From the NCBI GenBank assembly GCA_964016885.1, contig OZ024743.1, positions 82,584,001 to 82,648,000 of the forward strand: a DNA stretch of 64,000 nt, given 5' to 3'. The stretch comes from Eledone cirrhosa (Eukaryota). Below are positions 1-13,195 of the stretch, piece after piece. Under the pieces are notes generated by a model, which saw nothing but the letters and a program-made list of their open reading frames with translations, ran no database searches and had not been told where the DNA came from. The translations under genes and the position numbers were made by a program. How positions within the stretch are numbered: the first letter of the stretch is position 1; each line of letters opens with the position of its first letter.

Positions 1-74
1 AACTCCAAGTTACACTCCCTAGATATATATATATATTTAAACCCACAGGCCTAGAAGGGGATGGCATCTGTGGA

Positions 75-145
75 ATGTGCCACAGGGATGGACTGAACCT
101 GAAACTAAATGGTTACGAAATGAACTCCTTAACCATACAACCAAT
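75..145 (-). mobile_element. tRNA-derived SINE head fragment
   Basis: Reverse complement tggttgtatggttaag...ggttcagtcc has A-box/B-box-like motifs typical of cephalopod SINE heads. Confidence 0.5.
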
Positions 146-192
146 AATAGTTTAAACTGGGAACTGGAGATGTCATTGGTGTTTAAATAAAC

Positions 193-285
193 CGAGAGAG
201 AGGGGGTGGGGAAGTGGGGAGAGGGGGTGGGGAAGTGGGGAGAGGGGGTGGGGCGGTGGGGAGAGGAGAGTGGTAAGAGGAGGAA
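193..285. repeat. G-rich ~21-bp tandem repeat (gagagggggtggggaagtggg), G-quadruplex potential
   Basis: Three near-identical units with multiple G4-5 runs. Confidence 0.7.
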
Positions 286-454
286 GAGAAAATATCAATG
301 TGTTACTGACCTAGATGGGGAATATTAGTGGGAGGGGGAGAGAGACAATATGACATAACATTGACATTTTAACGCGAATACACTCATATGCGTGTGTGTA
401 TTCACGTTAAAAGCTGATATATATACATAATCACCTTTCCTAAAGCAATCATAC

Positions 455-610
<156 letters not shown>

Positions 611-1409
611 AATGCTCACACATACACCTTTATATATATGCATTTCCTAAAGCAATAATACTTTGTGCGCGTGTGTCTGTGTTTTTGTGTGTGTGTGTGT
701 GTGTGTGTCTGTGTGAGTGTGTAAAGTAGGTATCGCGACGAAGTTATGCCAAATTGAATGAGAAACAGATTTCGTTCAACAATAAATAGAAAAATTATAA
801 AAGGTTGGAGTACAACAAAGATTATGTCAACAACAATAACAACAATGAAGATAATAATAATAATAATAATAATAGCACCAACAACAATGCCCATAAAAAA
901 CAATATCATTCAATAACAAGAACAACAATAACAACATCAACAACGTCACTAAGGACAATAAAAACATCAATAACAACAACACAAGGTATATAAAAGTCAT
1001 GTATACAAACAATTTGAAAGAAGGAACAGACACTAAAATATATATAAAAATTATGGTGCATAAAAACGATATATATACGTACATATATAAAATATGGTGT
1101 CATTAACGGTGTCCAAAGAGGAATGTTAAAAAAGATGCTGTTTGATTGATGGATTGGAGAGAAAAAGAAAAAGAATGATTTGACATAAGTGAGTGTATGA
1201 GGAGGTCGAAATCTCTGTAATCCAAAACCAGTTGGCAGCTGATGAAGGAGTATCGATGGTTCGTTTCATTATTGCTCTGATTGTTTCGACTTGGATTGAA
1301 TAGACACTGATATATATATATATCGACTTTCGTTAAATCGGACCGAGGAAACAATGTTTCCATGGGTATTTCTAATTGCTAATACTCTCTATCGGTTGCA
1401 ACTCTAGGT

Positions 1410-1500
1410 AGAAGGAGCAACGTTAAATAAAGTGTATTTCCCAAAGACATAACGCATCGCCCAGACTTGGAATCGAACTCACAATCTCACTCGCAACATT
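1410..1500 (-). mobile_element. SINE 5' fragment
   Basis: ggagcaacgttaaataaagtg...ggaatcgaactc (reverse B-box); same family as 21450-21710. Confidence 0.6.
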
Positions 1501-1536
1501 ACCATTTTGAATTCAACGTTCACCTATATATGTATA

Positions 1537-1567
<31 letters not shown>

Positions 1568-1593
1568 TATATACGTGTGTGTGTGTGTGCGTG

Positions 1594-1730
1594 TATGTAA
1601 AAGGTAAACAGAAATAACAACACAATCGGTACAGTATATGGAAGGTATATATTAGGTTAACGCTTGATATAGCAGGAAGAGGGTTTAACGTTTCGGACGC
1701 TAGTCCTTCATCAGAAGAAAGAATGAGAAA
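1594..1730 (-). mobile_element. Short HHR-bearing element, family A (homolog at 34780-34950 +)
   Basis: Near-identical to the reverse complement of 34780-34950; ends in a microsatellite. Confidence 0.8.
1686..1714 (-). ncRNA. Minimal hammerhead ribozyme motif
   Basis: CUGAUGA-A-GGAC-uagc-GUCC-GAAAC-GUU; stem I only about 2 bp. Confidence 0.65.
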
Positions 1731-1872
1731 TAAAATAAAGGGGACGGGCGGGATGGAATTGGAAAAAATATATACATATGTATATAAATTTCGTATTTTG
1801 AAAGAAATACGATTTTAGGAAGCCGTAGCTATGCGAACACCGGGGGGGGGGGGTGCTAACGCCCTCTGAAAA

Positions 1873-2812
1873 AAGTTATTGGGACACGTAGAATAAGGTG
1901 AAGCGAGCGAGACATGTAAACAAACAGAGATGGTAATGCAACTGAAAGAGAGGAAGAGAGGAAACAAGTCCGTGATATCTATGAACTTAAGTTCGATGAA
2001 TCATGGACCGTGTGAGATGTAAGCGAGAAAAGGATTTCACACAGGTCTGACGGGAGGAAGTGAGAGAGGGGGAGTAGCAGGGGATGAGTGAGTGAAAGCG
2101 TGAGGAAGAGGTCAGCTGAGAGAGAGTGACTAGCAGAGGGGGTGAAATGAAGGAGAGATATACAGGAGGAGAGAAGGGGATAGCAGTAAGAAAGAAACAG
2201 ACTGGTCACAGCGGAGGGAAAAATATAAATGAAAAATGGCGTGCTGCGTTGTTGCAAATGGGATACATATGAATAAAATTAGAGCGAGGAGACGTCCGTC
2301 ATCAGTGATCTTCCAGCCGTCATTGGTATTTCTTCGCATTAAAGATCATATACCTCTGGTTGGTTCAAGCAATAACTAAAACAAGTTATTGGGACACGTA
2401 GAATAGGGTGAAGCGAGCGAGACATGTAAACAAACAGAGATGGTAATGCAACGCCCGTCAGACCTGTGTGAAATCCTTTTCTCGCTTACATCTCACACGG
2501 CTCGGACGCGTCTGTCTCTTCTCGCCCATGATTCATCGAACTTAAGTTCACAGATATCACGGACTTGTTTCCTCTCTTCCTCTCTTTCCGTTGCATTACC
2601 ATCTCTGTTTGTTTACATGTCTCGCTCGCTTCACCCTATTCTACGTGTCCCAATAACTTTTTTTTGTTATTGCTCGCACCAGCCAGACGTATATGATCTT
2701 TAATGCGAAGAATGACGGCTGGAAGATCACTGATGACGGACGTCTTCTCGCTCTAATTTTATTCATATGTATCCCATTTGCAACAACGCAGCACGCCATT
2801 TTTCCTTTCTTT
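1873..2812. mobile_element. Two inverted, circularly permuted copies of a ~510-bp repeat monomer
   Basis: 70-bp direct repeat 1873-1942/2383-2452 (period 510); 2453-2812 is an inverted copy reading across the monomer junction; homolog at 17857-18402. Confidence 0.8.
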
Positions 2813-3200
2813 CACATATATATAAATATATATATATATAAATATATATATATATTTATATATATATATATATAAATGAGAAATTTGTCATACTTTAGGC
2901 AAATGTTTTGCCTTTTCTTTAGTGTTCCCCCTCCCGATATGGCGTATGAAAGAAACTAATTACCATAATCATCATCATCGTCAGCACCACTATAGTCATC
3001 ATTATTACTATCAATATCCTCACAATCACCACCAGCATCATCACCACTATTGCCATCACCATCACCGTCACTGTCAGTAATATTATTAATGCAAATTTGA
3101 TGATGTCCTTGTCTACCTTAGCTTTCTCTCTAAGAATCTAGCTTTTTTTCTGCTCCTCGTACTCATTTTATCTTATCTATACATACATGTATGAGTATGC

Positions 3201-3264
<64 letters not shown>

Positions 3265-3369
3265 ATTTATACAAATATGCAAGTATGTTTGCTTATATGT
3301 ATTTTTATATATAAGTAAATGTATATTATGTATATGTGTGCAATATATCTAGCTATCTACCTATATATG

Positions 3370-3422
<53 letters not shown>

Positions 3423-3580
3423 TTGAAGAGAGATATTACACACACATATATATATATATTATTTATTTATATATTATATATTTACTTATATATAAAAAAT
3501 ACATTTATGCACACATACTTGCATATTTATACATATTTATATAAATACATATACGCTTTCATATATATACATTTATATAT

Positions 3581-3627
<47 letters not shown>

Positions 3628-3859
3628 CATTTGTATAATTTCTACACATACAGATATAGGTGTGTATGTATATATATCTATAATATATATATTTCATGCA
3701 GCTCTCAGCTGAGATATAATATTGACCTAATACATACCTCAGTCCTCCATATTTTATCAACATAGCTTCACCATTGACAGCACCAAAAAAAGTCTCTTCA
3801 TATTTCTACCTTTATTTGTTTGTTTTTTAATTTGATTTATCTACTTATTGATAGCGTCG

Positions 3860-3936
3860 TTTTTGTGTCTGTTTGTGTTTTTCTTTTTGTTTTTTGCTTA
3901 TAGGCGCACGCACAAAGAAGCTCATATATGTGTGTG

Positions 3937-4011
<75 letters not shown>

Positions 4012-4082
4012 GCACATATATGAGGTTCTTTGTGCGCGCGCCTATAAGCAAAAAACAAAAAAAACACAAACAGACACAAAAA
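3860..4082. repeat. Inverted repeat (~70-bp arms) flanking a (TA)n tract
   Basis: tttttgtgtctgtttgtg...cttataggcgcacgcacaaagaagctcata and its reverse complement at 4013-4082, with a few mismatches. Confidence 0.85.
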
Positions 4083-4822
4083 TATATATATATATTTATA
4101 TATACGCACACACACATGCATATATGCGTACGTATATATATATATATATACACATACCTATATATACATATATGCGTGTGTATATAAATATATAAACACC
4201 CACACATATAAACACACATGTATTTATACAGGCTGTCTTATATACACTACATTCTATCCCATCTCAGTTTTCCTGTCAATCTAATTTGTCTACCTCTCAA
4301 TATATTTCAATTTTTTTTTATGTATGTATATGTACATGTGTGTGTGTGTGTGTTAATGCGTGCGCTTACCTTTGTAATACACACGCACTCTGTTGTGTGT
4401 GTGAGAGAGGGTGAAGAGGGGGAGTAAAGAAACGTAAGTGACGACTCTCTTCTGTCGAGGAAGGAACTTCTGACTCTCAGAATCTTAACATTCTGTGAGG
4501 CCTTTAAAGAATTAAACATGTTGGGTCAAACACACACACACATACATACCATCACATTCACCCACACACAGACGTATAGACTGGCGTACACACTGACATG
4601 CACACACACACACACGTGTGCACGCGTGCACATGCACCTAAATACTCATATATACACACATGTTTATGATGTATATATGTTTATTTATATATCTATGTAT
4701 ATATGTGCGTAGTGAAATGTTCATGTATGTTTGTAATGGTGTATATATGTGTGTGTGAAAGTGCTGTTATGTTAGTGCTTGTACGTATAGATATATAGAT
4801 ATATATATATATATATATATAG

Positions 4823-4873
<51 letters not shown>

Positions 4874-4874
<1 letters not shown>

Positions 4875-4925
4875 TGGCTTCTACTTGACTAGAACTGTTA
4901 CATTCGAAGGAAATCATCAGTTAGA
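4874..4925 (-). mobile_element. Fragment of family X (HHR-like CUGAUGA-UUUCCUUCGAAU-GAAACAGUUC)
   Basis: Matches copies at 40745, 43345, 45170, 52393, 58028 and 59505; GAAA mutated to GUAA here. Confidence 0.7.
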
Positions 4926-5316
4926 TGAGTTGATAACACAACCATATAAAGCAAACACTATTTCAAAGCTCAGATGTGGTTTTATAGTCCACAGCAAGAT
5001 AGGTAAAATACAGTTCAGAGTTTAATCCAATCGGTAAATTTGCAATCCCAGTAGTTTTACAATATCACAGAGTATATATATATATAATTGGTATTGGAAG
5101 CTTAAAGTGTCCGTATGCGGTAGGCCGTTTGAGCACTCGATGATGCTTTCATAGGAAAATCTGCTTCGTAGAATCAAGACGTATCTGAGGACCTTGCGAT
5201 TTTCAGAATCAGGTTCGATCATCACATTGATCGTGCCTCGAGCTGGTCGCCAGAGAAACGATTGTAATATGTCCAATGATTTCCATTCGTCGCAACACTG
5301 ATTCTCTTTTTTTCTG

Positions 5317-5351
<35 letters not shown>

Positions 5352-5357
<6 letters not shown>

Positions 5358-5483
5358 TAACAGATTAAAGTTTAAGCAAAGAATCGCTGCTTTCGCCCAT
5401 AACAGGATCTTCTGAAACTCAGAAGATCCCATTAAGGGTGGAAGCAGCGATTCTTTGCTTAAACTTTAATCTGTTATTTTAAT
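5352..5483. repeat. Fold-back palindrome (~60-bp arms) next to (TA)n, with a decayed HHR-like core
   Basis: ttaaaataacagattaaagtttaagcaaagaatcgctgc... and its reverse complement; CAGAAGA-stem-GAAA in the arms. Confidence 0.8.
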
Positions 5484-5572
5484 AAATATTTGCTCTACGG
5501 TTCTTATATATTCGATATATATTTATCCTTATCGAGTCCTCTTTGGATTTTAGTCTTCAAATTTATTATTAT

Positions 5573-5628
<56 letters not shown>

Positions 5629-5722
5629 GTAGAACACTGGAGGGTTATATCCGTAGTAGTAGAACACTCAGTCCATGGGACGAGTTAGGTAGAAGTAGTT
5701 CCACAACAGTTAGTTCACCATA

Positions 5723-5763
5723 CCGAGAACAAATGTTTCACCTTATGCGGATCTTCAGCCAGC
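5723..5763 (-). ncRNA. Hammerhead ribozyme motif (homolog 58913-58954)
   Basis: CUGAAGA-UCCGCAUAAGGU-GAAA-CAUUUG-UU-CUCGG; the homolog supplies the matching 5' stem I CCGAG. Confidence 0.6.
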
Positions 5764-5782
5764 TACTTCTATATATCTATAG

Positions 5783-5871
<89 letters not shown>

Positions 5872-6176
5872 GTTTAACAGAAATCAATGCAGAAGAAATG
5901 TATTTCCTTACTGAACTGATAGAAACGTTTATCAATCAATTAATCCATTTCTGGCATTCGTCGGTGGCGATTGTCAAACTGAGATCTCAGTTTGACAATT
6001 GCCACTGACGAATGCCAGACAGTTCTCCAGTTAACCAGGAATCTTTAAAAATCTCCCCACCGAAGTTAACAAAGAACTTACTAGATCTACAAAACCAAAT
6101 TGTTAAATTATAATATTATAAAATTAAATCAAATTGTTTAGAACTACAAGTGAAGTCTTTCTTTTCCCTTTATATA

Positions 6177-6573
6177 CGAGGGTAATCCCAAAAGTAAGGT
6201 CTTCAAAGCGATGGGGACGCAGAGAAACTGTTCGTAGGGCTGTTGTCAACACTGTTGTGATTGGTGCTTCCTTCACTCCCAAACAAGCAAGCAAGCGCTT
6301 CGCTGGGATGCTCAATCTTGGCTTGACAGCCGTTAAGAATGGAGCTCCCGTTGAACGCTACCGCCAAATGCGAATTTCGCGCAGTTATTATATAGAAGGC
6401 AATCCCAAAAGTAAGGTCTCCTTCCGAGGAAAACGCATGTTTTCCTCGGAAGGAGGATCACTCATGATGCTCTCTGCATTTTGGTTCCTGAGGTTTCTCG
6501 ACGCACCATCCACAGGATTTTAACTGAAAAGTTGCAATATCGGAAGGAGACCTTACTTTTGGGATTGCCCTCG
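6177..6573 (+). mobile_element. Internally deleted mariner (Tc1/mariner) element
   Basis: TA-flanked 26-bp TIRs CGAGGGYAATCCCAAAAGTAAGGTCT; transposase remnants MELPLNATAKCEFRAVI (from 6339) and RRITHDALCILVPEVSRRTIHRILTEKLQYRK (~6451-6546). Confidence 0.85.
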
Positions 6574-6675
6574 TATATATATATATATATATATGACGGC
6601 GATGAATTTGTCTTGCAATGTTTTTTTTATATGAATATAACAATATATATATATCTATGATTATCATTATTATAT

Positions 6676-6720
6676 ACTGGGTAATTGCTGGCCTTGTGCC
6701 AAAAAGTAGAAACAATTATT
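6676..6720 (+). mobile_element. SINE 3' tail fragment
   Basis: actgggtaattgctggccttgtgccaaaaagtagaaacaatt. Confidence 0.7.
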
Positions 6721-6789
6721 ATATTGATATAAAATAAAGAACCAGTCAAAGTACCATCAATCTACTTTAGCCTTTCCCTGAATAGCCGG

Positions 6790-7290
6790 CCTTGAACCTA
6801 AATTACGATTTTGGCCAAGGTGTTAGTAAACAGTTTGTCATCAAGAGTTGAGTCTATCCACGACAACCTCTACCCATGAGATACATCATAGAGAGGTTAG
6901 AGAGTAAACCTGTTTTCGTTGGGGTTTTGATCAACTTGAATCAATCAAAAGCTTTTGATGGGGTTGAGCATCGCGATTTGGTGGCTGTCGTCGGGGAAGT
7001 ACTGCCTGTTTGAAATAAACTCTACAGGCATGGAAGTGCCATCTGCTGGTCCTGTCTGAGATGCGCGCAGGACGACGAAACAGAACATCTGCTATCACAT
7101 GTAGAACGGATCCGGCTATCAGCTGAGTTTATCATGAAGATCGCCCCGTCGCCATCAATTAGCCGGGAAGGCCAAGCAATATGTATCTGCCTTGGTGGCC
7201 CTGGCGAAAGAGATCGTGTGGTGTACACGTTTGAAAGGTTTGAAGACAAGCACTTTCCCCTTCCGCGAAGTCCCGATTAATTTTTTCAGG
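6790..7290 (+). pseudogene. Degraded Tx1/L1-clade LINE ORF2 fragments (RT and C-terminal Zn knuckle)
   Basis: Manual translation: ILAKVLVNSL, SIHDNL, VLINLNQSKAFDGVEH (compare LDQSKAFDRVDH), KLYRHGSAICWSCLRCAQDDET; frameshifts and deletions. Confidence 0.8.
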
Positions 7291-7345
7291 AAAAAATCAG
7301 ATACATAGAAACAGTGAAATATTAATTGAACGAACACTCAATACA

Positions 7346-7379
<34 letters not shown>

Positions 7380-7526
7380 AAGTTAAATAAAAGTCAAATG
7401 AGGAACTGGATATGATTCCAGTTCCTCAGTGAAATAACAACCCGACAAGGAACTGGGCATATCAGAGTATTGACAATATTATACACCTCAACAACACATG
7501 TACTTGTCTATACCATACTAATTCAA

Positions 7527-7581
7527 ACTGCCTGAAGAGGTCACAGCCAAAGATGGCTGTCACTGAAATATATATAGCAGT
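7527..7581 (+). ncRNA. Type I hammerhead ribozyme (family B)
   Basis: ACUGC-CUGAAGA-G(gucacagcca-aaga-uggcugucac)U-GAAA-UAUAUA-UA^GCAGU, followed by AATAAA; element ~7378-7730 has an inverted copy of 7604-7628 at its 5' end. Confidence 0.85.
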
Positions 7582-8039
7582 AATAAACGAAGCTAAATTT
7601 TAATCATTTGACTTTTATTTAACTTTATTTTACACTACTTCAGAGTAACCAAACCAACCTGCGCACTTCGTCAAGTGCTCCAGCCTGCATACTGAGGTGT
7701 TGGTATACAACCAACATAAACTCAAAATCTATATATATATATATAAAGTTATCCATAAGCTAACCCCAAAATTTAGAGATTTTTCCCATGTAGCTTAATT
7801 AAAAGTCGTCCCTAATTATTCCATCAACCCTAGTTATTCCAGGGCAACAGAGATCTACGTGAATCAGGGGATTATCCTAAACATAAAATCTAATTTTATT
7901 TTATTATGTTTTGATGTTATGTTTTGATGTACAAAAGTGGAAATATTTATACGAGCTACGCGTCCTTATTTCTGTGTTTTATTAGTGAGAAGTGTGATTT
8001 TATGAGTAGAAACATCGTTGTTATTACTGTAATTCCCAG

Positions 8040-8217
8040 GATGGTGGGGTGACACATTGGTTTGATCGTCGGACAACATGCTTTGAGGTTAGCTTTGCTT
8101 TCCATCATTACATGGCCGGGAAAATAAGGTACCAGTAACGCACTGGGGTTGATTTAATCGACTTCCCCCACATCCTTCAAACTACTGCCCCTGTGCCAAA
8201 ATTAGTGACAATTATTA
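8040..8217 (+). mobile_element. Degenerate SINE (Meta-domain-like family)
   Basis: ctttccatc...aaaataaggtaccagtaacgcactggggttgatttaatcgac...gtgccaaaattagtgacaatt. Confidence 0.65.
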
Positions 8218-8288
8218 CCGTAATTCCGTTTTATTTTCATTGATCTAGAGTCCATTGGTCTTTCGTTTATTGATATGGTATATTGGAT

Positions 8289-11200
8289 TGTAGTGTCAAT
8301 TGCAGGCCCTTACACCTAGTACCCATGTAGTAGTGACAATTGCAGGCCCTTACACCTAGTACCCATGTAGTAGTGACAATTGCAGGCCCTTACACCTAGT
8401 ACCCATGTAGTAGTGACAATTGCAGGCCCTTACACCTTGTACCCATGTAGTAGTGACAATTGCAGGCCCTTACACCTAGTACCCATGTAGTAGTGACAAT
8501 TGCAGGCCCTTACACCTTGTACCCATGTAGTAGTGACAATTGCAGGCCCTTACACCTAGTACCCATGTAGTAGTGACAATTGCAGGCCCTTACACCTAGT
8601 ACCCATGTAGTAGTGACAATTGCAGGCCCTTACACCTAGTACCCATGTAGTAGTGACAATTGCAGGCCCTTACACCTTGTACCCATGTACTAGTGACAAT
8701 TTCAGGCCCTTACACCTAGTACCCATGTACTAGTGACAATTGGAGGCCCTTACACCTAGTATCCATGTAGTAGTGACAATTGCAGGCCCTTACACCTAGT
8801 ACCCATGTAGTAGTGACAATTGCAGGTCCTTACACCTAGTACCCATGTAGTAGTGACAATTGCAGGCCCTTACACCTTGTACCCATGTACTAGTGACAAT
8901 TGCAGGCCCTTACACCTAGTACCCATGTACTAGTGACAATTGCAGGCCCTTACACCTAGTACCCATGTAGTAGTGACAATTGCAGGCCCTTACACCTAGT
9001 ACCTATGTAGTAGTGACAATTGCAGGCCCTTACACCTAGTACCCATGTACTAGTGACAATTGCAGGCCCTTACACCTTGTACCCATGTACTAGTGACAAT
9101 TGCAGACCCATGTAGTAGTGACAATTGCAGGCCCTTACACCTAGTACCCATGTAGTAGTGACAATTGCAGGCCCTTACACCTTGTACCCATGTACTAGTG
9201 ACAATTGCAGGCCCTTACACCTAGTACCCATGTAGTAGTGACAATTGCAGGCCCTTACACCTTGTACCCATGTACTAGTGACAATTGCAGGCCCTTACAC
9301 CTAGTACTCATGTACTAGTGACAATTGCAGGCCCTTACACCTAGTATCCATGTAGTAGTGACAATTGCAGGCCCTTACACCTAGTACCCATGTACTAGTG
9401 ACAATTGCAGGCCCTTACACCTAGTACCCATGTAGTAGTGACAATTGCAGGCCCTTACACCTAGTACCCATGTACTAGTGTCAATTGCAGGCCCTTACAC
9501 CTAGTACCCATGTACTAGTGACAATTGCAGGCCCTTACACCTAGTACCCATGTAGTAGTGACAATTGCAGGCCCTTACACCTAGTACCCATGTACTAGTG
9601 TCAATTGCAGGCCCTTACACCTAGTACCCATGTACTAGTGACAATTGCAGGCCCTTACACCTAGTACCCATGTACTAGTGACAATTGCAGGCCCTTACAC
9701 CTAGTACTCATGTACTAGTGACAATTGCAGGCCCTTACACCTAGTACCCATGTACTAGTGACAATTGCAGGCCCTTACACCTAGTACCCATGTACTAGTG
9801 ACAATTGCAGGCCCTTACACCTAGTACCCATGTACTAGTGACAATTGCAGGCCCTTACACCTAGTACCCATGTAGTAGTGACAATTGCAGGCCCTTACAC
9901 CTAGTACCCATGTACTAGTGTCAATTGCAGGCCCTTACACCTAGTACCCATGTACTAGTGACAATTGCAGGCCCTTACACCTAGTACCCATGTAGTAGTG
10001 ACAATTGCAGGCCCTTACACCTAGTACCCATGTACTAGTGTCAATTGCAGGCCCTTACACCTAGTACCCATGCACTAGTGACAATTGCAGGCCCTTACAC
10101 CTAGTACCCATGTACTAGTGACAATTGCAGGCCCTTACACCTAGTACTCATGTACTAGTGACAATTGCAGGCCCTTACACCTAGTACCCATGTACTAGTG
10201 ACAATTGCAGGCCCTTACACCTAGTACCCATGTAGTAGTGACAATTGCAGGCCCTTACACCTAGTACTCATGTACTAGTGACAATTGCAGGCCCTTACAC
10301 CTAGTACCCATGTACTAGTGACAATTGCAGGCCCTTACACCAAGTACCCATGTACTAGTGACAATTGCAGGCCCTTACACCTAGTACTCATGTACTAGTG
10401 ACAATTGCAGGCCCTTACACCTAGTACCCATGTACTAGTGACAATTGCAGGCCCTTACACCTAGTACCCATGTACTAGTGACAATTGCAGGCCCTTACAC
10501 CTAGTACTCATGTACTAGTGACAATTGCAGGCCCTTACACCTAGTACCCATGTACTAGTGACAATTGCAGGCCCTTACACCTAGTACCCATGTAGTAGTG
10601 ACAATTGCAGGCCCTTACACCTAGTACTCATGTACTAGTGACAATTGCAGGCCCTTACACCTAGTACCCATGTACTAGTGACAATTGCAGGCCCTTACAC
10701 CTAGTACCCATGTACTAGTGACAATTGCAGGCCCTTACACCTAGTACCCATGTACTAGTGACAATTGCAGGCCCTTACACCTAGTACCCATGTAGTAGTG
10801 ACAATTGCAGGCCCTTACACCTAGTACCCATGTACTAGTGTCAATTGCAGGCCCTTACACCTAGTACCCATGTACTAGTGACAATTGCAGGCCCTTACAC
10901 CTAGTACCCATGTAGTAGTGACAATTGCAGGCCCTTACACCTAGTACCCATGTACTAGTGTCAATTGCAGGCCCTTACACCTAGTACCCATGTACTAGTG
11001 ACAATTGCAGGCCCTTACACCTAGTACCCATGTACTAGTGACAATTGCAGGCCCTTACACCTAGTACTCATGTACTAGTGACAATTGCAGGCCCTTACAC
11101 CTAGTACCCATGTACTAGTGACAATTGCAGGCCCTTACACCTAGTACCCATGTACTAGTGACAATTGCAGGCCCTTACACCTAGTACTCATGTACTAGTG

Positions 11201-11951
11201 ACAATTGCAGGCCCTTACACCTAGTACCCATGTACTAGTGACAATTGCAGGCCCTTACACCTAGTACCCATGTACTAGTGACAATTGCAGGCCCTTACAC
11301 CTAGTACTCATGTACTAGTGACAATTGCAGGCCCTTACACCTAGTACCCATGTACTAGTGACAATTGCAGGCCCTTACACCTAGTACCCATGTACTAGTG
11401 ACAATTGCAGGCCCTTACACCTAGTACTCATGTACTAGTGACAATTGCAGGCCCTTACACCTAGTACCCATGTACTAGTGACAATTGCAGGCCCTTACAC
11501 CTAGTACCCATGTAGTAGTGACAATTGCAGGCCCTTACACCTAGTACTCATGTACTAGTGACAATTGCAGGCCCTTACACCTAGTACCCATGTACTAGTG
11601 ACAATTGCAGGCCCTTACACCTAGTACCCATGTAGTAGTGACAATTGCAGGCCCTTACACCTAGTACTCATGTACTAGTGACAATTGCAGGCCCTTACAC
11701 CTAGTACCCATGTACTAGTGACAATTGCAGGCCCTTACACCTAGTACCCATGTAGTAGTGACAATTGCAGGCCCTTACACCTAGTACTCATGTACTAGTG
11801 ACAATTGCAGGCCCTTACACCTAGTACCCATGTACTAGTGACAATTGCAGGCCCTTACACCTAGTACTCATGTACTAGTGACAATTGCAGGCCCTTACAC
11901 CTAGTACCCATGTAGTAGTGACAATTGCAGGCCCTTACACCTAGTACCCAT
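8289..11951. repeat. 40-bp tandem minisatellite, about 92 copies
   Basis: Unit tagtgacaattgcaggcccttacacctagtacccatgta(c/g); one unit shortened near 9105. Confidence 0.98.
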
Positions 11952-12097
11952 ATAATAGTCAATCCCATAAATTTAACCTCAAATTAGTGAAGAATTCGAT
12001 ATTTGCACGTGCGCGCGCGTGTGTGTGTGAATGGGGTGGTTGACTTTAGAAACACAGGAAACATGTGAAATGTGTTTTTCCTAACGCAAATGACTAT

Positions 12098-12172
12098 AAT
12101 AATTGTTTCTATTTTGGGCACAAGGCCAGCAATTATCCCAGTCCACTACTGGTACTTTATTTTATCGACCCC
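12098..12172 (-). mobile_element. SINE 3' fragment
   Basis: aataattgtttcta...cacaaggccagcaatt...ggtactttattttatcgacccc. Confidence 0.75.
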
Positions 12173-12295
12173 AATAATAGTCGATAACTATAAAAAATAG
12201 TTGTGAAAATCGGGGAAAATATCATTCGTGACGGAAAAATTTTATTTTTCTAAACTATTTTTGTGATCAACTCTTGTAGACTTTTTGTCAGACCC

Positions 12296-12356
<61 letters not shown>

Positions 12357-12362
<6 letters not shown>

Positions 12363-12578
12363 TTTTGATACTAATGCAACCAATACTAGCTTTGTTTCTA
12401 TTAAATAAAACCACCTATTAGAATTAAAATTGTCCAACATAATTTCGTATAAGAACAATATGCTAAATTACTATCTTAGTAATGTAATTATTAAACAATT
12501 TAGTAAATCCCATAGAATTCTTCATTAATTAATTGAAAATAGTTGTATTTCATGAGAAATCCTGTTAGGAAATGGTTA
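12357..12578. mobile_element. Possible degenerate piggyBac-like MITE
   Basis: Begins taaacccttttg and ends ggaaatggttag, resembling TTAACCCTTT...AAAGGGTTAA termini; recalled similarity only. Confidence 0.35.
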
Positions 12579-12895
12579 GGAGATGAGTTCCATGACAGAA
12601 CTAGTGACACATTAGTTAAACAATCAACACAGAAGAAAGTTGGTAAACATTGACTAAACTAACTTGATTAATTAACTAAAGCTATGTTAATTGGTTAGAT
12701 ATAATTAAATGTTACCTCATTGTTTTTACTGTTAGATACTCTATAATGACATGTGTATGGTTGTGTGTAATTATGTGTGAGACTGTGTGGTTATGTTTGT
12801 GTGTATGTGTGTATGTAAGGTTTTTCTGCAAAAGTAATGGCTTCTAACAAAATAGTCCACTATGGCAGGAAAAGACTTTCATTTTCTCTCTCTCC

Positions 12896-12974
<79 letters not shown>

Positions 12975-13157
12975 TCTCTCAATAACCAATTATATATCAT
13001 TAGAAATTAATTATCATGTATTCAAACATTTAGAAATATTTTTATCTATCCAACCACACACACACACACACTCTCTCTCTCTATATATATATATGTGTTT
13101 GTGTGTGTGTGCTATTTGTATATATTTATACAGTATATATGGGGAAACGAGTGTTAA

Positions 13158-13195
<38 letters not shown>

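Noticed and set aside
2730-2760. CTGATGA in the 500-bp family (also 17868, 18367) and at 1239 as hammerheads or C/D snoRNA boxes
   Set aside because: No correctly placed GAAA or stem III, and no terminal stem with a box partner.
8289-11951. CRISPR-like array
   Set aside because: Units are head-to-tail with no unique spacers, no cas genes are present, and the context is eukaryotic. The same applies to the 22-bp and 39-bp arrays.
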